A stretch of 64,000 nucleotides of DNA, taken from IMG/VR virus record IMGVR_UViG_3300048672_000475, positions 1 through 64,000 of that record; one strand, given 5' to 3'. The stretch is from a virus. A program made the position numbers and the translations under genes. The notes under the pieces were generated by a model, which did not search any database, was not told where the DNA came from, and was given only the letters and a program-made list of their open reading frames with translations. This document shows, in pieces, positions 1-10,120 of the stretch. Each line of letters begins with the position of its first letter. Position 1 is the stretch's first letter.

Positions 1-1
1 G

Positions 2-3000
2 AAATTTCCTTTAAAGGCGGTAGCTGCCCTATCTCGGCAGGAAGTAGCGGAAGAAAAATCCAGCCTCGATACCTTTCAAAACCAAGCGGAAGCCGAAAAT
101 CATTTAACCCAAGAGTTCGGCCCCGGCATCAAGAACCTAGTAGGCAAAAAAGTACTTAGGTTCACGCTAGGCTTTGGAAGCTGGCCAGAAGAGGTTAAGC
201 AGCAGTTACGAGGCGACGAAGAAGCGGTTTACTATAAAGGGGTAATCTACGTAAACCTACTGACAACTTCTAAAGCGCGATTAGTTCCGGTGCTGATACA
301 CGAATTGGGCGAACACTTTAATCTTGAAGTGATGCTCGGGGCTAAGGAATACGCAGCCCTACAAAATCAAATTACTAACCGAGCTAAAATTAAAGGTTCT
401 GAAGCCGAAAGAGTCTGGAACGAAGTAAAACGGCTATATGCTAAGCCAGAAAACGAGGCTGAAGTTATTCCCGGCGCGCAGTATCTTGAAGTCGGTAGCC
501 GGCAGTTCATTTCTGAAGTCATCGCCAAGCTGGGCGAAATCAATCCTAGAGCACCATGGTATCGCCGTATTCTGGCCAAGATCAAAGCGTTCTTGGTAGA
601 GCGTGGCTTAGGTCGCGGCTTTATCACTGGCACGTTTACCGAAAACGATATGCACGAATTGCTATTGGCAAGCTTGCGAAGCGCGTCAGGCAGATTTGCG
701 GCTAACGAACCACGATTGTACGGCGGCGAAGTGATGGCAAGTGTGCGAGACGCGGGTATCGGCAAAACTATCAATGTTGATGGGGTAGAACGACCCACTA
801 CGAACAGCGACGGACAACTCATTCATCAGACCGAAGACGGTATCCGGAATTTCTGGAAATGGTTTGGTGATTCTAAAGTCGTTGACGAGCAGGGTAGGCC
901 GAAGGTGGTTTATCACGGTACGGATGCTAGCTTCAATATTTTTGATCCAGACGCAGTTAGAGCCGAAGGTAGGCGAACCTCTCTTGATTCCGGAATATCT
1001 TTATCCTTCGACAAAGACTTCGCCAGCAAATACGCGTCACGCGGCGATAGCGGCAATGTTATGCCCGTATATGTGAACGCGGATTACGTCTGGGTTAATG
1101 ACGAAAAGGGTATAGAAGACGCCGAGATAGCGTTCGAGGACCGATATAAAAAACCTATGCCCCGCGAATGGAAAGCCGAGATGGAAAAAGGTGGGTGGTT
1201 CGCCCTTGAAGGTATCCTTAAGGAGCTTAGGGATTACGGCGGATATACAGGAGTGCAAGTATATGAGCGAGGCATAAAAAATCTTATCGTATTTGAGCCG
1301 GAACAAATCAAATCCGCTATCGGCAATACTGGTGCGTTTTCTCCAGAGAACGCGGACATCAGATTTTCCCGTGCCCCTGAAGCGCGATCCATGATGTGGA
1401 ATCGCTGGTTTGGCAAGAGCAAAATGGTACGCAACGGCGAACCAATAAAGTTTTATCACGGGTCGCAAAATGAGTTTACGGTATTCGACCGAAACCGGTT
1501 AGCTACGGGCACTGTGCATCCTACAGCGGGATTAGGCCATTTCTTTACCGAAGATAAAGGGGAAGCCCTGAGCTACGGCGGTAACGTAAAAGAAGTCTTT
1601 CTTTCCGTACAGAAACCATATATTACGAATTCATGGCAGCTTGACGATACGTTTAAAGACGCAGCCGGCGCGGCTAAGTTCAGCGAAAAGCTACGCGCAC
1701 AAGGCTACGACGGTATTTACATAAAAGACGCAAAATACGCTGTTATCTTCGACTCGAATCAGGCCAAATTGACGGACAACCAATCGCCTAGTTTTGGGGA
1801 AGACGTTAGATTTTCTAGGCCCGTGGAGGCATCGGATAGTGATCAGGGGGCAGAAGCCTTTGAGAAAGCTCGGTACTCGGAAGAGCGGGCATGGGCCGAG
1901 CAGGTTCACCAAAAATTACTGAAGGCTAAGGATACGGTACAGAAAACGGCGTTAGCTTTCTTGGGGTCTGATCATCTTATCGAGATAACGGCGCAGTCTA
2001 TCCCAGGCATAAAAGCTTTCGGCACCTTGACGCGTGATAGGGAAGCTAAAATATCAGATTACCGTCGTGAAGCCGACCGCCTAATCGCTATCGCGGATAA
2101 ATTTAAGCGCCCCGTTTTGCAGAAGTTCAACCGCATGGTAAATGATTCTACGGATTCCGATGTGAATATCGCTAAGGCGTGGAGCGGGATAGAGGCGGTT
2201 GCTGGTAGCGTAAAAGGGCTGTTTCATGTCTACACGCAAGACAAGCTATCACAAACTTCCAGAAAGGCGCTCAACGAGTATCTGAAGTCCAGAAATCTAC
2301 CCGAGATGGACCGTACGAAGGCCCTAATAAAAGGCGGCGAAGCGGAGGCGCAAGCATTCTACCAAAAACTCATGGAGGTGGTAGATAGGCAAAATGCCAA
2401 CGCGTCGAATTCAAAACTAACCGCAGAGAATAAGGCCCGAAAAGAGTTTCATGCGGCGCAGCGCCCCGATATGCTAGCCATGCCTAAAGAAGCCCAGCAA
2501 CTCTATCAAAAGATGCACGACTTGTTCGAGAAGGTTTCGAGAGAAAAATTGGACGAAATTATTCGCCGAATTGACGATGGCATCAAGAACCGTAAGATCC
2601 GTCAGCAGATGGTCAACCATATGCGGGAGACCTACGAAAATAATTCGCTAGCGTGGTACTACGCCCCGCTTACCCGTTTTGGGCAGTTCTGGTATTACGG
2701 CACGATTAAAGATTTGGCTACCGGCAAATTGGTGGAGTACCGGGAACATTTTGAAACGGAGAAAGCCCGTGATAAACGTACAGCCATGTTGGAGGCAAAA
2801 GGCGGTACCGTACTAGCCAAAGGTAGGATGCTGGAAAATTTGCGCGCGCTAACGACGATAGGTGCCGCCGACTCATACACCGCCAGCATCCAGGAGATTA
2901 TCGCGAACCAGATGGCCGATACTCCGGAAAGAACAGCATTGATGGACGCGGTATACCAGTTTCATTTAAGCATGCTTCCCGACGTGTCTATGCGCCATGC

Positions 3001-5275
3001 GCAGCAGCATCGTACGGGTACGAAAGGCGCAGAAACCGATGTGATGCGCTCTTTCGCTAGCCGTATGCACCACTCGGCTTCGCAGATCGCTAATATGATC
3101 TATGGAGAACAGCTAAACACTGTTCTTGAAGACCATAAAGAAATGAAGCACCTTTGGGAAAACCCTGCTTACCTAGCTGCGGAAGAAGACAAACTTAGGG
3201 CTATCGAGTTCCTAAAATCGGATTGGTCTACGTTAGCTGCGCCAGGAAAAATAAAAGAACTGCTAAAGGAAAAAGACGCTGACAAGGCGATGCTTACCCA
3301 AGCGGCTAAAGTAATTGACCTAATAGGTGGTGCCGAACACGAAGCCTTCGATACCGCCGGCAAATCAAAAGGCATGGTCGGCCTCGACAGTTCGGCGGCA
3401 GACGAAGAATTAGACGCGCTAACTGAAAAGATAAAATACATTGTCGAAGGGGCAAAACGTGTTCGGGAAGAAGACAAGAATCTTGCGGGTAACGTCATTG
3501 ACGAATTGACGTTGACTTTTGACGCAATGATGAACACCGCGTCTTCTCCGTTAGACCAACTGGCGATGCAAATTTCCAACCTAAACTTTTTTGGTATGCT
3601 TGGCTTCGGCGTGTCGTCCACCGTGATGAACGCTATCCAGGTACCGAACGTGGTCGCCCCAATGTTATACGGCAAGTTCGGAGCTACGAAAACCATATCG
3701 GCCCTTTCTACCGCGTATAAGGACTTCATGGCGGCTAGCGTTGGCGGCATGACTGATGAAGACGGCAACTATTCTATTACCGAACTCCTAGATAGTAAGC
3801 TAGCTAAAATACGTGACGAGCAGGGCATTCCCGGTATGCGGACCCCCGAGTATATCGCGCTGAATAAGCGTAAAGAAGCATTGGAGCGTCGTAAGCAGGA
3901 CGGTACGATTTCCAGAACTCAGCAATTTGACCTTATAGGTGTTGCTGAAGGCGGCATGGAAAAAGCAGGCGCGCTGCACAAACTCGCCAAACAGGGTGGG
4001 TGGATGTTTCACCACATGGAACGCCTGAATCGGGAAGTCACATTGGACGCGGCTTTTTCTCTCCGCTACGAGCAGATTTTGAAGAATGAAAAGCAATATC
4101 ATTACGACGAGGCAGGCAGAGCTACGAGGCCTTTTTCAGAAGCGGAAATGGAAAATTACGCTTTCGAGGAAGCCATATCCTACGCCGAATGGGTCAATAA
4201 TCGCGGGAACATGAACTACTCTGCCGATGTTGCGGCTCGTATTTTTAGGGGCCCTATAGCGCGTATCACTTTGCAGTTTAAAAAGTACATGCAAGGCATG
4301 CTCTACAACTACATTAAGACGTTCATGGATGCCAAACGTAGTATTACGCGGGATTTGTTCCCTGAGGGTGAGAAGGGCGATGCTGAATTTGCGAAAGCCG
4401 AGCAGCTTAAAAAAGAAGCTTTACGGTCCTTCCTGGCGCTAACGTTTATCCAAACCTCCATGGCAGGAGCCTTGAGTTTGCCGTTCATGGGTACGTTGAT
4501 GGCTGTCTATGGTATGACAGGTGATGATGATGAGAAAAAAGACTTACGGGAAGACCTGCTGAAAGGTTTAACGCCAATTGTCGGTGCTAAGCAAGCCCTA
4601 GCGTTGACGAATGGATTCTTCGATGCGTACTCTCCGATTCCGCTTAGTGGGCGGTTAGACTTATCTAACATACTGGTCAGAAGCCCTATGATCGATTCGG
4701 ACTCGATGAATCCTAGCTTGGATTATTTGGTTCAAATATTAGGCCCGACGGGTGGCAGCATCAGCAATGTAGCTACCGCTGGAAAATTGATCCTAGACGG
4801 CGAGATAGAGCGAGGTTTCGAGAAGCTGATGCCAAAAGCGCTAGGTGATGTATTTAAAGGTGGTAGGTATTTCGCGGAAGGCGCTACTAACTTAAAAGGA
4901 TACCAGCAAAAAGAGATGTCGGCTTTTGAGGCAGCTATCGCGGCCATCGGTTTCGGCAATTCCGAATTGAATAAGCAGCGTATCGAAACTCAAATGGCAA
5001 AGGGTGCCGAGCAGGCCATATCCTCTACCAGACGAAGCATCACGTTCGACCTAGGATGGCAGTTAGCGCATGGGGTAGATTTAGATGCTGACCGTATAGA
5101 TGAGTGGAACGAGAAACATCCTGAGTGGCCTATTACGATGGAAAATATTATCCGATCTAGTAAAGGAATCCTTGGTACCGAGAAAAAACGGGATACGTAT
5201 GGGTACACGATAAACCGCAAGTTGGAGTACTTGGCCGAGGAAGCCAACATATTCGAGGATGTCGACGACGATTAG
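2..5275 (+). CDS. Giant polyvalent protein, 5'-truncated: zincin-like peptidase, two ART-PolyVal-like domains, PLxRFG/helical C-terminal region
   Basis: Frame is open from base 2, so the 290 start is internal. HELGEH (HExxH); two YHG[TS]..F..FD...GY[DT]G domains each ending D[IV]RFSR; YAPLTRFG motif. Confidence 0.8.
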   Translation, partial: KFPLKAVAALSRQEVAEEKSSLDTFQNQAEAENHLTQEFGPGIKNLVGKKVLRFTLGFGSWPEEVKQQLRGDEEAVYYKGVIYVNLLTTSKARLVPVLIHELGEHFNLEVMLGAKEYAALQNQITNRAKIKGSEAERVWNEVKRLYAKPENEAEVIPGAQYLEVGSRQFISEVIAKLGEINPRAPWYRRILAKIKAFLVERGLGRGFITGTFTENDMHELLLASLRSASGRFAANEPRLYGGEVMASVRDAGIGKTINVDGVERPTTNSDGQLIHQTEDGIRNFWKWFGDSKVVDEQGRPKVVYHGTDASFNIFDPDAVRAEGRRTSLDSGISLSFDKDFASKYASRGDSGNVMPVYVNADYVWVNDEKGIEDAEIAFEDRYKKPMPREWKAEMEKGGWFALEGILKELRDYGGYTGVQVYERGIKNLIVFEPEQIKSAIGNTGAFSPENADIRFSRAPEARSMMWNRWFGKSKMVRNGEPIKFYHGSQNEFTVFDRNRLATGTVHPTAGLGHFFTEDKGEALSYGGNVKEVFLSVQKPYITNSWQLDDTFKDAAGAAKFSEKLRAQGYDGIYIKDAKYAVIFDSNQAKLTDNQSPSFGEDVRFSRPVEASDSDQGAEAFEKARYSEERAWAEQVHQKLLKAKDTVQKTALAFLGSDHLIEITAQSIPGIKAFGTLTRDREAKISDYRREADRLIAIADKFKRPVLQKFNRMVNDSTDSDVNIAKAWSGIEAVAGSVKGLFHVYTQDKLSQTSRKALNEYLKSRNLPEMDRTKALIKGGEAEAQAFYQKLMEVVDRQNANASNSKLTAENKARKEFHAAQRPDMLAMPKEAQQLYQKMHDLFEKVSREKLDEIIRRIDDGIKNRKIRQQMVNHMRETYENNSLAWYYAPLTRFGQFWYYGTIKDLATGKLVEYREHFETEKARDKRTAMLEAKGGTVLAKGRMLENLRALTTIGAADSYTASIQEIIANQMADTPERTALMDAVYQFHLSMLPDVSMRHAQQHRTGTKGAETDVMRSFASRMHHSASQIANMIYGEQLNTVLEDHKEMKHLWENPAYLAAEEDKLRAIEFLKSDWSTLAAPGKIKELLKEKDADKAMLTQAAKVIDLIGGAEHEAFDTAGKSKGMVGLDSSAADEELDALTEKIKYIVEGAKRVREEDKNLAGNVIDELTLTFDAMMNTASSPLDQLAMQISNLNFFGMLGFGVSSTVMNAIQVPNVVAPMLYGKFGATKTISALSTAYKDFMAASVGGMTDEDGNYSITELLDSKLAKIRDEQGIPGMRTPEYIALNKRKEALERRKQDGTISRTQQFDLIGVAEGGMEKAGALHKLAKQGGWMFHHMERLNREVTLDAAFSLRYEQILKNEKQYHYDEAGRATRPFSEAEMENYAFEEAISYAEWVNNRGNMNYSADVAARIFRGPIARITLQFKKYMQGMLYNYIKTFMDAKRSITRDLFPEGEKGDAEFAKAEQLKKEALRSFLALTFIQTSMAGALSLPFMGTLMAVYGMTGDDDEKKDLREDLLKGLTPIVGAKQALALTNGFFDAYSPIPLSGRLDLSNILVRSPMIDSDSMNPSLDYLVQILGPTGGSISNVATAGKLILDGEIERGFEKLMPKALGDVFKGGRYFAEGATNLKGYQQKEMSAFEAAIAAIGFGNSELNKQRIETQMAKGAEQAISSTRRSITFDLGWQLAHGVDLDADRIDEWNEKHPEWPITMENIIRSSKGILGTEKKRDTYGYTINRKLEYLAEEANIFEDVDDD

Positions 5276-5286
5276 AAACTCCGGAA

Positions 5287-5315
5287 CAAAAAGAAGCCGC
5301 TCGAAAGCGGCTTTA
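5287..5315. terminator. Intrinsic terminator between convergent genes
   Basis: AAAAAGAAGCCGC-TCGAAA-GCGGCTTT hairpin; near-identical to the one at 33076-33107. Confidence 0.75.
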
Positions 5316-5544
5316 GAGGTAACTTACCGGAGCGCATTGGGTAAGTTAGGAGAAAACTTTTACATCTTTTTAGCCAATACCGCTACCCAGCGTTCTGGAA
5401 GCGGCAAGAGCATAATAACATTACTTTTCCAGTAGGCTTTATGTGCGCCATTAAAAGCCAAAACCGAGCAAATATCGTCGCACGAATAGGCTATAATACC
5501 AAGTTTTCTTGCTGACTTTATATAACAAAGGCCGAGATTACGTT

Positions 5545-5850
5545 TCATGGATATTCTGAGTCTTTGCTGTCTAGGTGCTCGTCTAACTCTTGCGCAAGCT
5601 CCGCTAACTCTATCTTAGCATCATCGAGGATTTCTTGGCGCCTAGCTGCTTCGGCTTCACAACTTGCTAATTCGTTTTCAGCCTCGGCTAGCTCATCTTC
5701 CGCCTCGACTAGCTCATCTTCCGCAATGTCCACTCTCCGCTCGGCAGCGCTAATGGCGCTTAGCAACCGCTGATGCGCCATCTCCCACTCCGTATCTGCG
5801 TCAAAAGCGTCATCTAGTTCATCTTGCGATTCAAATTCTTCGATACTCAT
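5545..5850 (-). CDS. Very acidic coiled-coil protein
   Basis: 101 aa, D/E-rich heptads, GGAG RBS. Confidence 0.7.
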   Translation of the reverse strand: MSIEEFESQDELDDAFDADTEWEMAHQRLLSAISAAERRVDIAEDELVEAEDELAEAENELASCEAEAARRQEILDDAKIELAELAQELDEHLDSKDSEYP

Positions 5851-5862
5851 TTCTTTTTCTCC

Positions 5863-6072
5863 TTATCTGTTCTGTCTTAGATCAGCGAGTTTGCGCGTCA
5901 AGTCCATGCTCGATCTTCGCAAAGCGCCCGAAGTTTTTCCAGACACGAACAGGTAATCCATGTCTAGTCCAGAATTAGCGAGCATGGCTGCGTGGGCCGC
6001 TCTAGTAGATTCTACTATTTTAAGGAATTTTTTAGCTTCCTGCTCAACATCTAGTAAAGTTTGGTACATCAT
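5863..6072 (-). CDS. Hypothetical phage protein
   Basis: AACTGGAG RBS at 6081-6088 favours ATG at 6072. Confidence 0.65.
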   Translation of the reverse strand: MMYQTLLDVEQEAKKFLKIVESTRAAHAAMLANSGLDMDYLFVSGKTSGALRRSSMDLTRKLADLRQNR

Positions 6073-6168
6073 TTTCGATTCTCCAGTTAGTAAGTCCGCC
6101 AATAGTTATTTGCTTCCTCTGCGGAAAGCGTTCCGCTTCGTTCTGCGAGTCTATCAGGGTTTGGTAAT

Positions 6169-7204
6169 TCATTTCGACCACCACATTGAGGTTACGGCCC
6201 GTACGCCACTTTGGATGATAGCCCTACACCAGAAGTCCGGATAGTCCCCGCCAAAAGCCGCTTTTACCGAATTTGCTTTATCGTTCCAGTCGCTCTCATA
6301 TCGGGAGGAACTCATCAATTTTACTACTTCATCTTCGGTCATTTCTTTTTTGCCTACCTGTGCGAGTAAATCGCGTATCACGTTTTCTAACTCAGCAATT
6401 TTATCCGGATAATAGCCTTGAAGATCATGCAGATCAACCCTACAAGCGTCGAACTGACTTTTTACGTACTTCAATTCGCCCTCTAGTGACGCTACCTGCC
6501 TCCTGAGCCGCCTTACTGTTTTTGGTCTAGCCATTTATTTTTCTCCAGTTTGGGTTTTACTGCCATACGGGTTCGCCACAGAGAGTTCAAGGTTTTCGCA
6601 GCGGACCCATCCACACTCTATGTCTTCGTGCGCTTGGGCAAGCAAACACCGTATCGCGTTTTCTAACTCCGCAATTTTATCTGGGTAGTATTCTTTTAGT
6701 TCGTGTAGTTCGGCTCTACAAGAGTTGAACTGTATTTTTACATACTCCAATTCGCTCTCTAGGAATGCCTCCCTATCCCTGAGCCGCCTTACTGTATTTG
6801 AACGAGCCATTCTGCTATAGCCGGTCAACCAGTCTTTCAATAAATGACCGCTGGCTGTGTTTAAACGCCCGCTTCTCTGCGGCGTCCCAATAGTCTGGCA
6901 GGACCCCTCCAAAAGCGGATTTTACTTTCTCCACTACTTGCTGCCACTCGGCCTCAGTTTTAGCGAGCTGTAGCATCCCCACTACTTCGCTTTCGGATAG
7001 GTTTATCGGCTGCAGCGGGCCTGATTTTTCTGCTAGCTTAGCACTGAGTTCTCGTACTACCGCCTCTAACTCTACAATCCTATCGGACAACAAGGTGACT
7101 TCTTCATATTTATGTCCTAGCCTACTGCGACAGTCTTTAAGCGCCGCCCGAATGTATTCTCGATCTGCTAGCCACTCACGGTCTTCATCTGATAGTTCTA
7201 TCAT
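6169..7204 (-). CDS. Three tandem paralogous hypothetical genes (6169-6534, 6535-6810, 6815-7204)
   Basis: Shared MAR..TVRRLR...YYPDKIAELEN block and shared VK.AFGG..PD.W block. Confidence 0.7.
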
Positions 7205-7542
7205 CTATTTGTCTCCAATTTGGGTTTTACTACTTTCAAAAGTTCCAACTTACCGACCCCTGTAAGCCCTAGCCGCCTAGCCGCACCTCGGGCTAGGTCT
7301 AGCTCCCGCTTTCCTATGAACGGGCCTCTGTCGTTAACCCTGACCGTTATTTTACGGCCCTTATATTTCAGCCACAACTTCGTGCCAAAGGGCAGCGTTT
7401 TATGCGCGGCGGTTAAGCCATCAGGGTTAAACTTCTCCCCGTTGGCGGTTACTTTGCCGTGATCGTACCACGACGCTAATATTGATCGCGCTTCCGCGAT
7501 TTCTGAAATCGCAAGGAGCGACAATAATGTTAGTATTTTCAC
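7201..7542 (-). CDS. rlpA: RlpA-like (DPBB) lytic transglycosylase with signal peptide
   Basis: ASWY, TANGE.F, TAAHKTLPFGT, VRVNDRGPF, LDL. Confidence 0.9.
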   Translation of the reverse strand: MKILTLLSLLAISEIAEARSILASWYDHGKVTANGEKFNPDGLTAAHKTLPFGTKLWLKYKGRKITVRVNDRGPFIGKRELDLARGAARRLGLTGVGKLELLKVVKPKLETNR

Positions 7543-7653
7543 TGGTTAACCTACAGTTGAGGCCGCGTCATTGCTTGGAACGCGAACATTGAAAACAAAT
7601 GCGCCTATGAAGCCGGCGCAAAGCCGGTAGCTACTATACCACCTATTATCAGG

Positions 7654-8562
7654 TCATCCTACTGTTTGGCCCTCGTCTTCGGGCGATTTGTACTCAAACA
7701 AGTCCATCAGTTTTAAAATCGAATCGGACATCATAATCGTCTGCAAAGACGCATGGTGCTTGAACGCATCTACTTCGTCGTCAAACTCATCGGGCTCGTC
7801 TTCGCCGAAGAACGATACTCCACGAATTACAAAATCGTGCGATAGGCGGAAGAACATCGTACTGGTCGACAGCCCCAATTCAGCAACAGAAGAGCCTTGC
7901 GCTATCGCCTCCAGAATGCCCTCTTTTGCTTCGGCTAAATCTACACCTTTAATTGTAGTTACCCGGCCTTCTTCGGCTTTCAGCTTAACCGTGCTATCGA
8001 AATCGAACTGCATGATGCCGACCTCGGTTTCCAGGAACGTTTTCAATTTTGAAGTCAGACTTTGCTTGATCCCGTCTACGTGGATCGTATGGGTTTTGAT
8101 GCTGCCTACCGCGCGAATCAAAGCGCTAATAGTAATATCCGCCAACTTAGCGCTGGCTGTCGGCACGATCAGCAGGTTATCTTTTTTCCAGTAGAAACAA
8201 GTAACGGTATTCTCTTTAGCGAATGCCTTGGGTAGCAGGGTGAAGATAACGTCATTTTTGACCGCCTGACGTTCTTTTGCCGGCACCTTACGGTCTTCGG
8301 TGGCTTCAATTTCAGCTACGCGCTTATCGGTTTGGGATTTGATAACGGAAGTCGGCAGTATCTTCTGATCGTAGCGTAATTTGAAGGCAAATCCGCAACC
8401 AAAATCCAGAACATATCTATCGTTAAGAAGAGGTACAAAACCGTAATCATCACCTTGCAGCTCGGTAAGTTCGGTGAACTTGCTAGCCCCCAGGATGGGT
8501 TCCAGTTCGTTAACCGGTGGTAATTCAGCCGCATAGACGCGGCAGGCTTTAATCAACTTCAT
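7654..8562 (-). CDS. rdgC: Recombination-associated protein RdgC
   Basis: YGFVP, KILPTSVI, LLPKAF pattern, 302 aa. Confidence 0.85.
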   Translation of the reverse strand: MKLIKACRVYAAELPPVNELEPILGASKFTELTELQGDDYGFVPLLNDRYVLDFGCGFAFKLRYDQKILPTSVIKSQTDKRVAEIEATEDRKVPAKERQAVKNDVIFTLLPKAFAKENTVTCFYWKKDNLLIVPTASAKLADITISALIRAVGSIKTHTIHVDGIKQSLTSKLKTFLETEVGIMQFDFDSTVKLKAEEGRVTTIKGVDLAEAKEGILEAIAQGSSVAELGLSTSTMFFRLSHDFVIRGVSFFGEDEPDEFDDEVDAFKHHASLQTIMMSDSILKLMDLFEYKSPEDEGQTVG

Positions 8563-8916
8563 TTTGGTTCTCCAGTTTTTGTTAGGTTGATGGTCGCTGC
8601 GATGTTGCTACATCGTCTAGCGCCGTGCGCTATTTCGGCCATCAAGAAAGCCCTAATCAGCGTAGTGGGCTTTTGTCTCGATCTTTGGAGAGGGTTGCGA
8701 CCCTACTCCCCGCAGTCGTCATTAGGGCTTTCTTGATGGTTGCCGCATTTACTTTGAAACGCGGCCAAAGTCATTTTTTTAAATTTCCGACCTTGCTATT
8801 CTCGGTTAAAAGAAATAGTAGGTTTGTACCAAAGAGCTTACAGACCCGCCACCTGGGGCAGCGGGAACGCCGGATTGAACTGCATAAAGAACCCCATAGC
8901 CGGTAGAGCCGTGTTT

Positions 8917-9186
8917 TTACTTGTGTTTCGTTGGTTTGAAGTGTAGCGACGTCGATTCAGCAATCGCGATGGCTTCGCCGGTAGCCGGGTTACGGCCCGT
9001 ACGAGCGGCGCGGGTTTTGTTTACAAAAGTACCGAAGTTGTGGATGCGAACAGTTTCACCAGCATCCGCTTCGGCCTGGATTGAGGCAAAGGCGGATTGC
9101 AAAATAGCTTTCGCGGCTGTTTTTGTGAGGGTCACGTTGTTCGCCACAATGGCGTTTACCAAGTCGTCTAAAGTTTTGATTGCCAT
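8917..9186 (-). CDS. HU-family DNA-binding protein
   Basis: FGTF...RAARTGRNPATGEAI.I. Confidence 0.95.
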   Translation of the reverse strand: MAIKTLDDLVNAIVANNVTLTKTAAKAILQSAFASIQAEADAGETVRIHNFGTFVNKTRAARTGRNPATGEAIAIAESTSLHFKPTKHK

Positions 9187-9189
9187 TAG

Positions 9190-9655
9190 GCTCTCCAGTT
9201 AAGTTATAGAAATATAGGTAATCACTTACCTATAAGAGTTAAGCCGGTACCCTACACTTTCGGCAGAAAACGTAGTTAAATTCAATTCGGGTACTGGCCT
9301 AACTCTTATAGGCGCCGGTTACTGATCCGGCAGCACAATCGTTGCAAGAGAGTGCAGGTTATGCGCCTTCCGTCACCGTTCCACCGGCTTCAAGGCTGCG
9401 GGATTATCATTTACCCTACCGTCTGATAAAAGTAAGTCCGGATCAGGTCTTAGCTATACCTTAGCTCGGCTAGTTTTAACCTAACTAGCAAAAATCGCCT
9501 CGAATGCCTGTCGAGTACATGAGTCTCTTTATTTGGTTGACTACACCCATTTCCTGATGACCACTCAGGCTGGGCCAGCACTTTACGCATCTGGCGGCGG
9601 GATTCTGGTAGGCCGAGTCGCTTTTACATATTAAGCTATTGGCCTAACTTGAGAT
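9190..9655 (-). ncRNA. Candidate structured RNA or long leader upstream of HU
   Basis: ORF-free, directly downstream of a TTGACA-17-TAATAT promoter, many hairpins. Confidence 0.5.
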
Positions 9656-9658
9656 CAG

Positions 9659-9687
9659 ATATTAGTGGCATGTTTCTGTTGTGTCAA
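9659..9687 (-). promoter_or_regulatory. sigma70-type promoter
   Basis: GCAC-TTGACA-17 nt-TAATAT. Confidence 0.7.
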
Positions 9688-10120
9688 GTGCTTTTATGTG
9701 TTTTTCTAAAATATTTCCGATATCGGCGATCAAAGAGGGTACATGGCCTTCTCCTTTCTTCCAATAGCCGCCAGTATCGGGGTCGATAATGGCTTTCATT
9801 TCATCAATCATAAACTCATATTGACCCCCCTTTCGCAGTATCGCGGAGACTAGCCGGCTGAAGATCATCACCCACATAAAATGCCGCACGTCCTTTGTGT
9901 TGACGAATAGTTCAATCGGGCGCCATGCACCGTCAATCTCGGCGTCGTTTATCGTTATGTAAAACGCATGATCTCCCGGCTTTATTTTGTAGGTCTTCCC
10001 GCGCACGATTTCAGGCCGCTCATGGGACTCATGGTAGCTGGGAATCGCCGGTTCCGGGGCGATAACCTCTTCGGTTTTCACCTTGTAACCCGTTATTTTC
10101 TGCTCAATTTTAGCTGTCAT
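9662..10120 (-). CDS. TSCPD/NrdJb-like protein (class II RNR C-terminal part)
   Basis: RPE...GKTYKIK, FYITIND, RPIELFVN, RLVSAILRKGG, PSLIADIG. Confidence 0.75.
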   Translation of the reverse strand: MTAKIEQKITGYKVKTEEVIAPEPAIPSYHESHERPEIVRGKTYKIKPGDHAFYITINDAEIDGAWRPIELFVNTKDVRHFMWVMIFSRLVSAILRKGGQYEFMIDEMKAIIDPDTGGYWKKGEGHVPSLIADIGNILEKHIKALDTTETCH

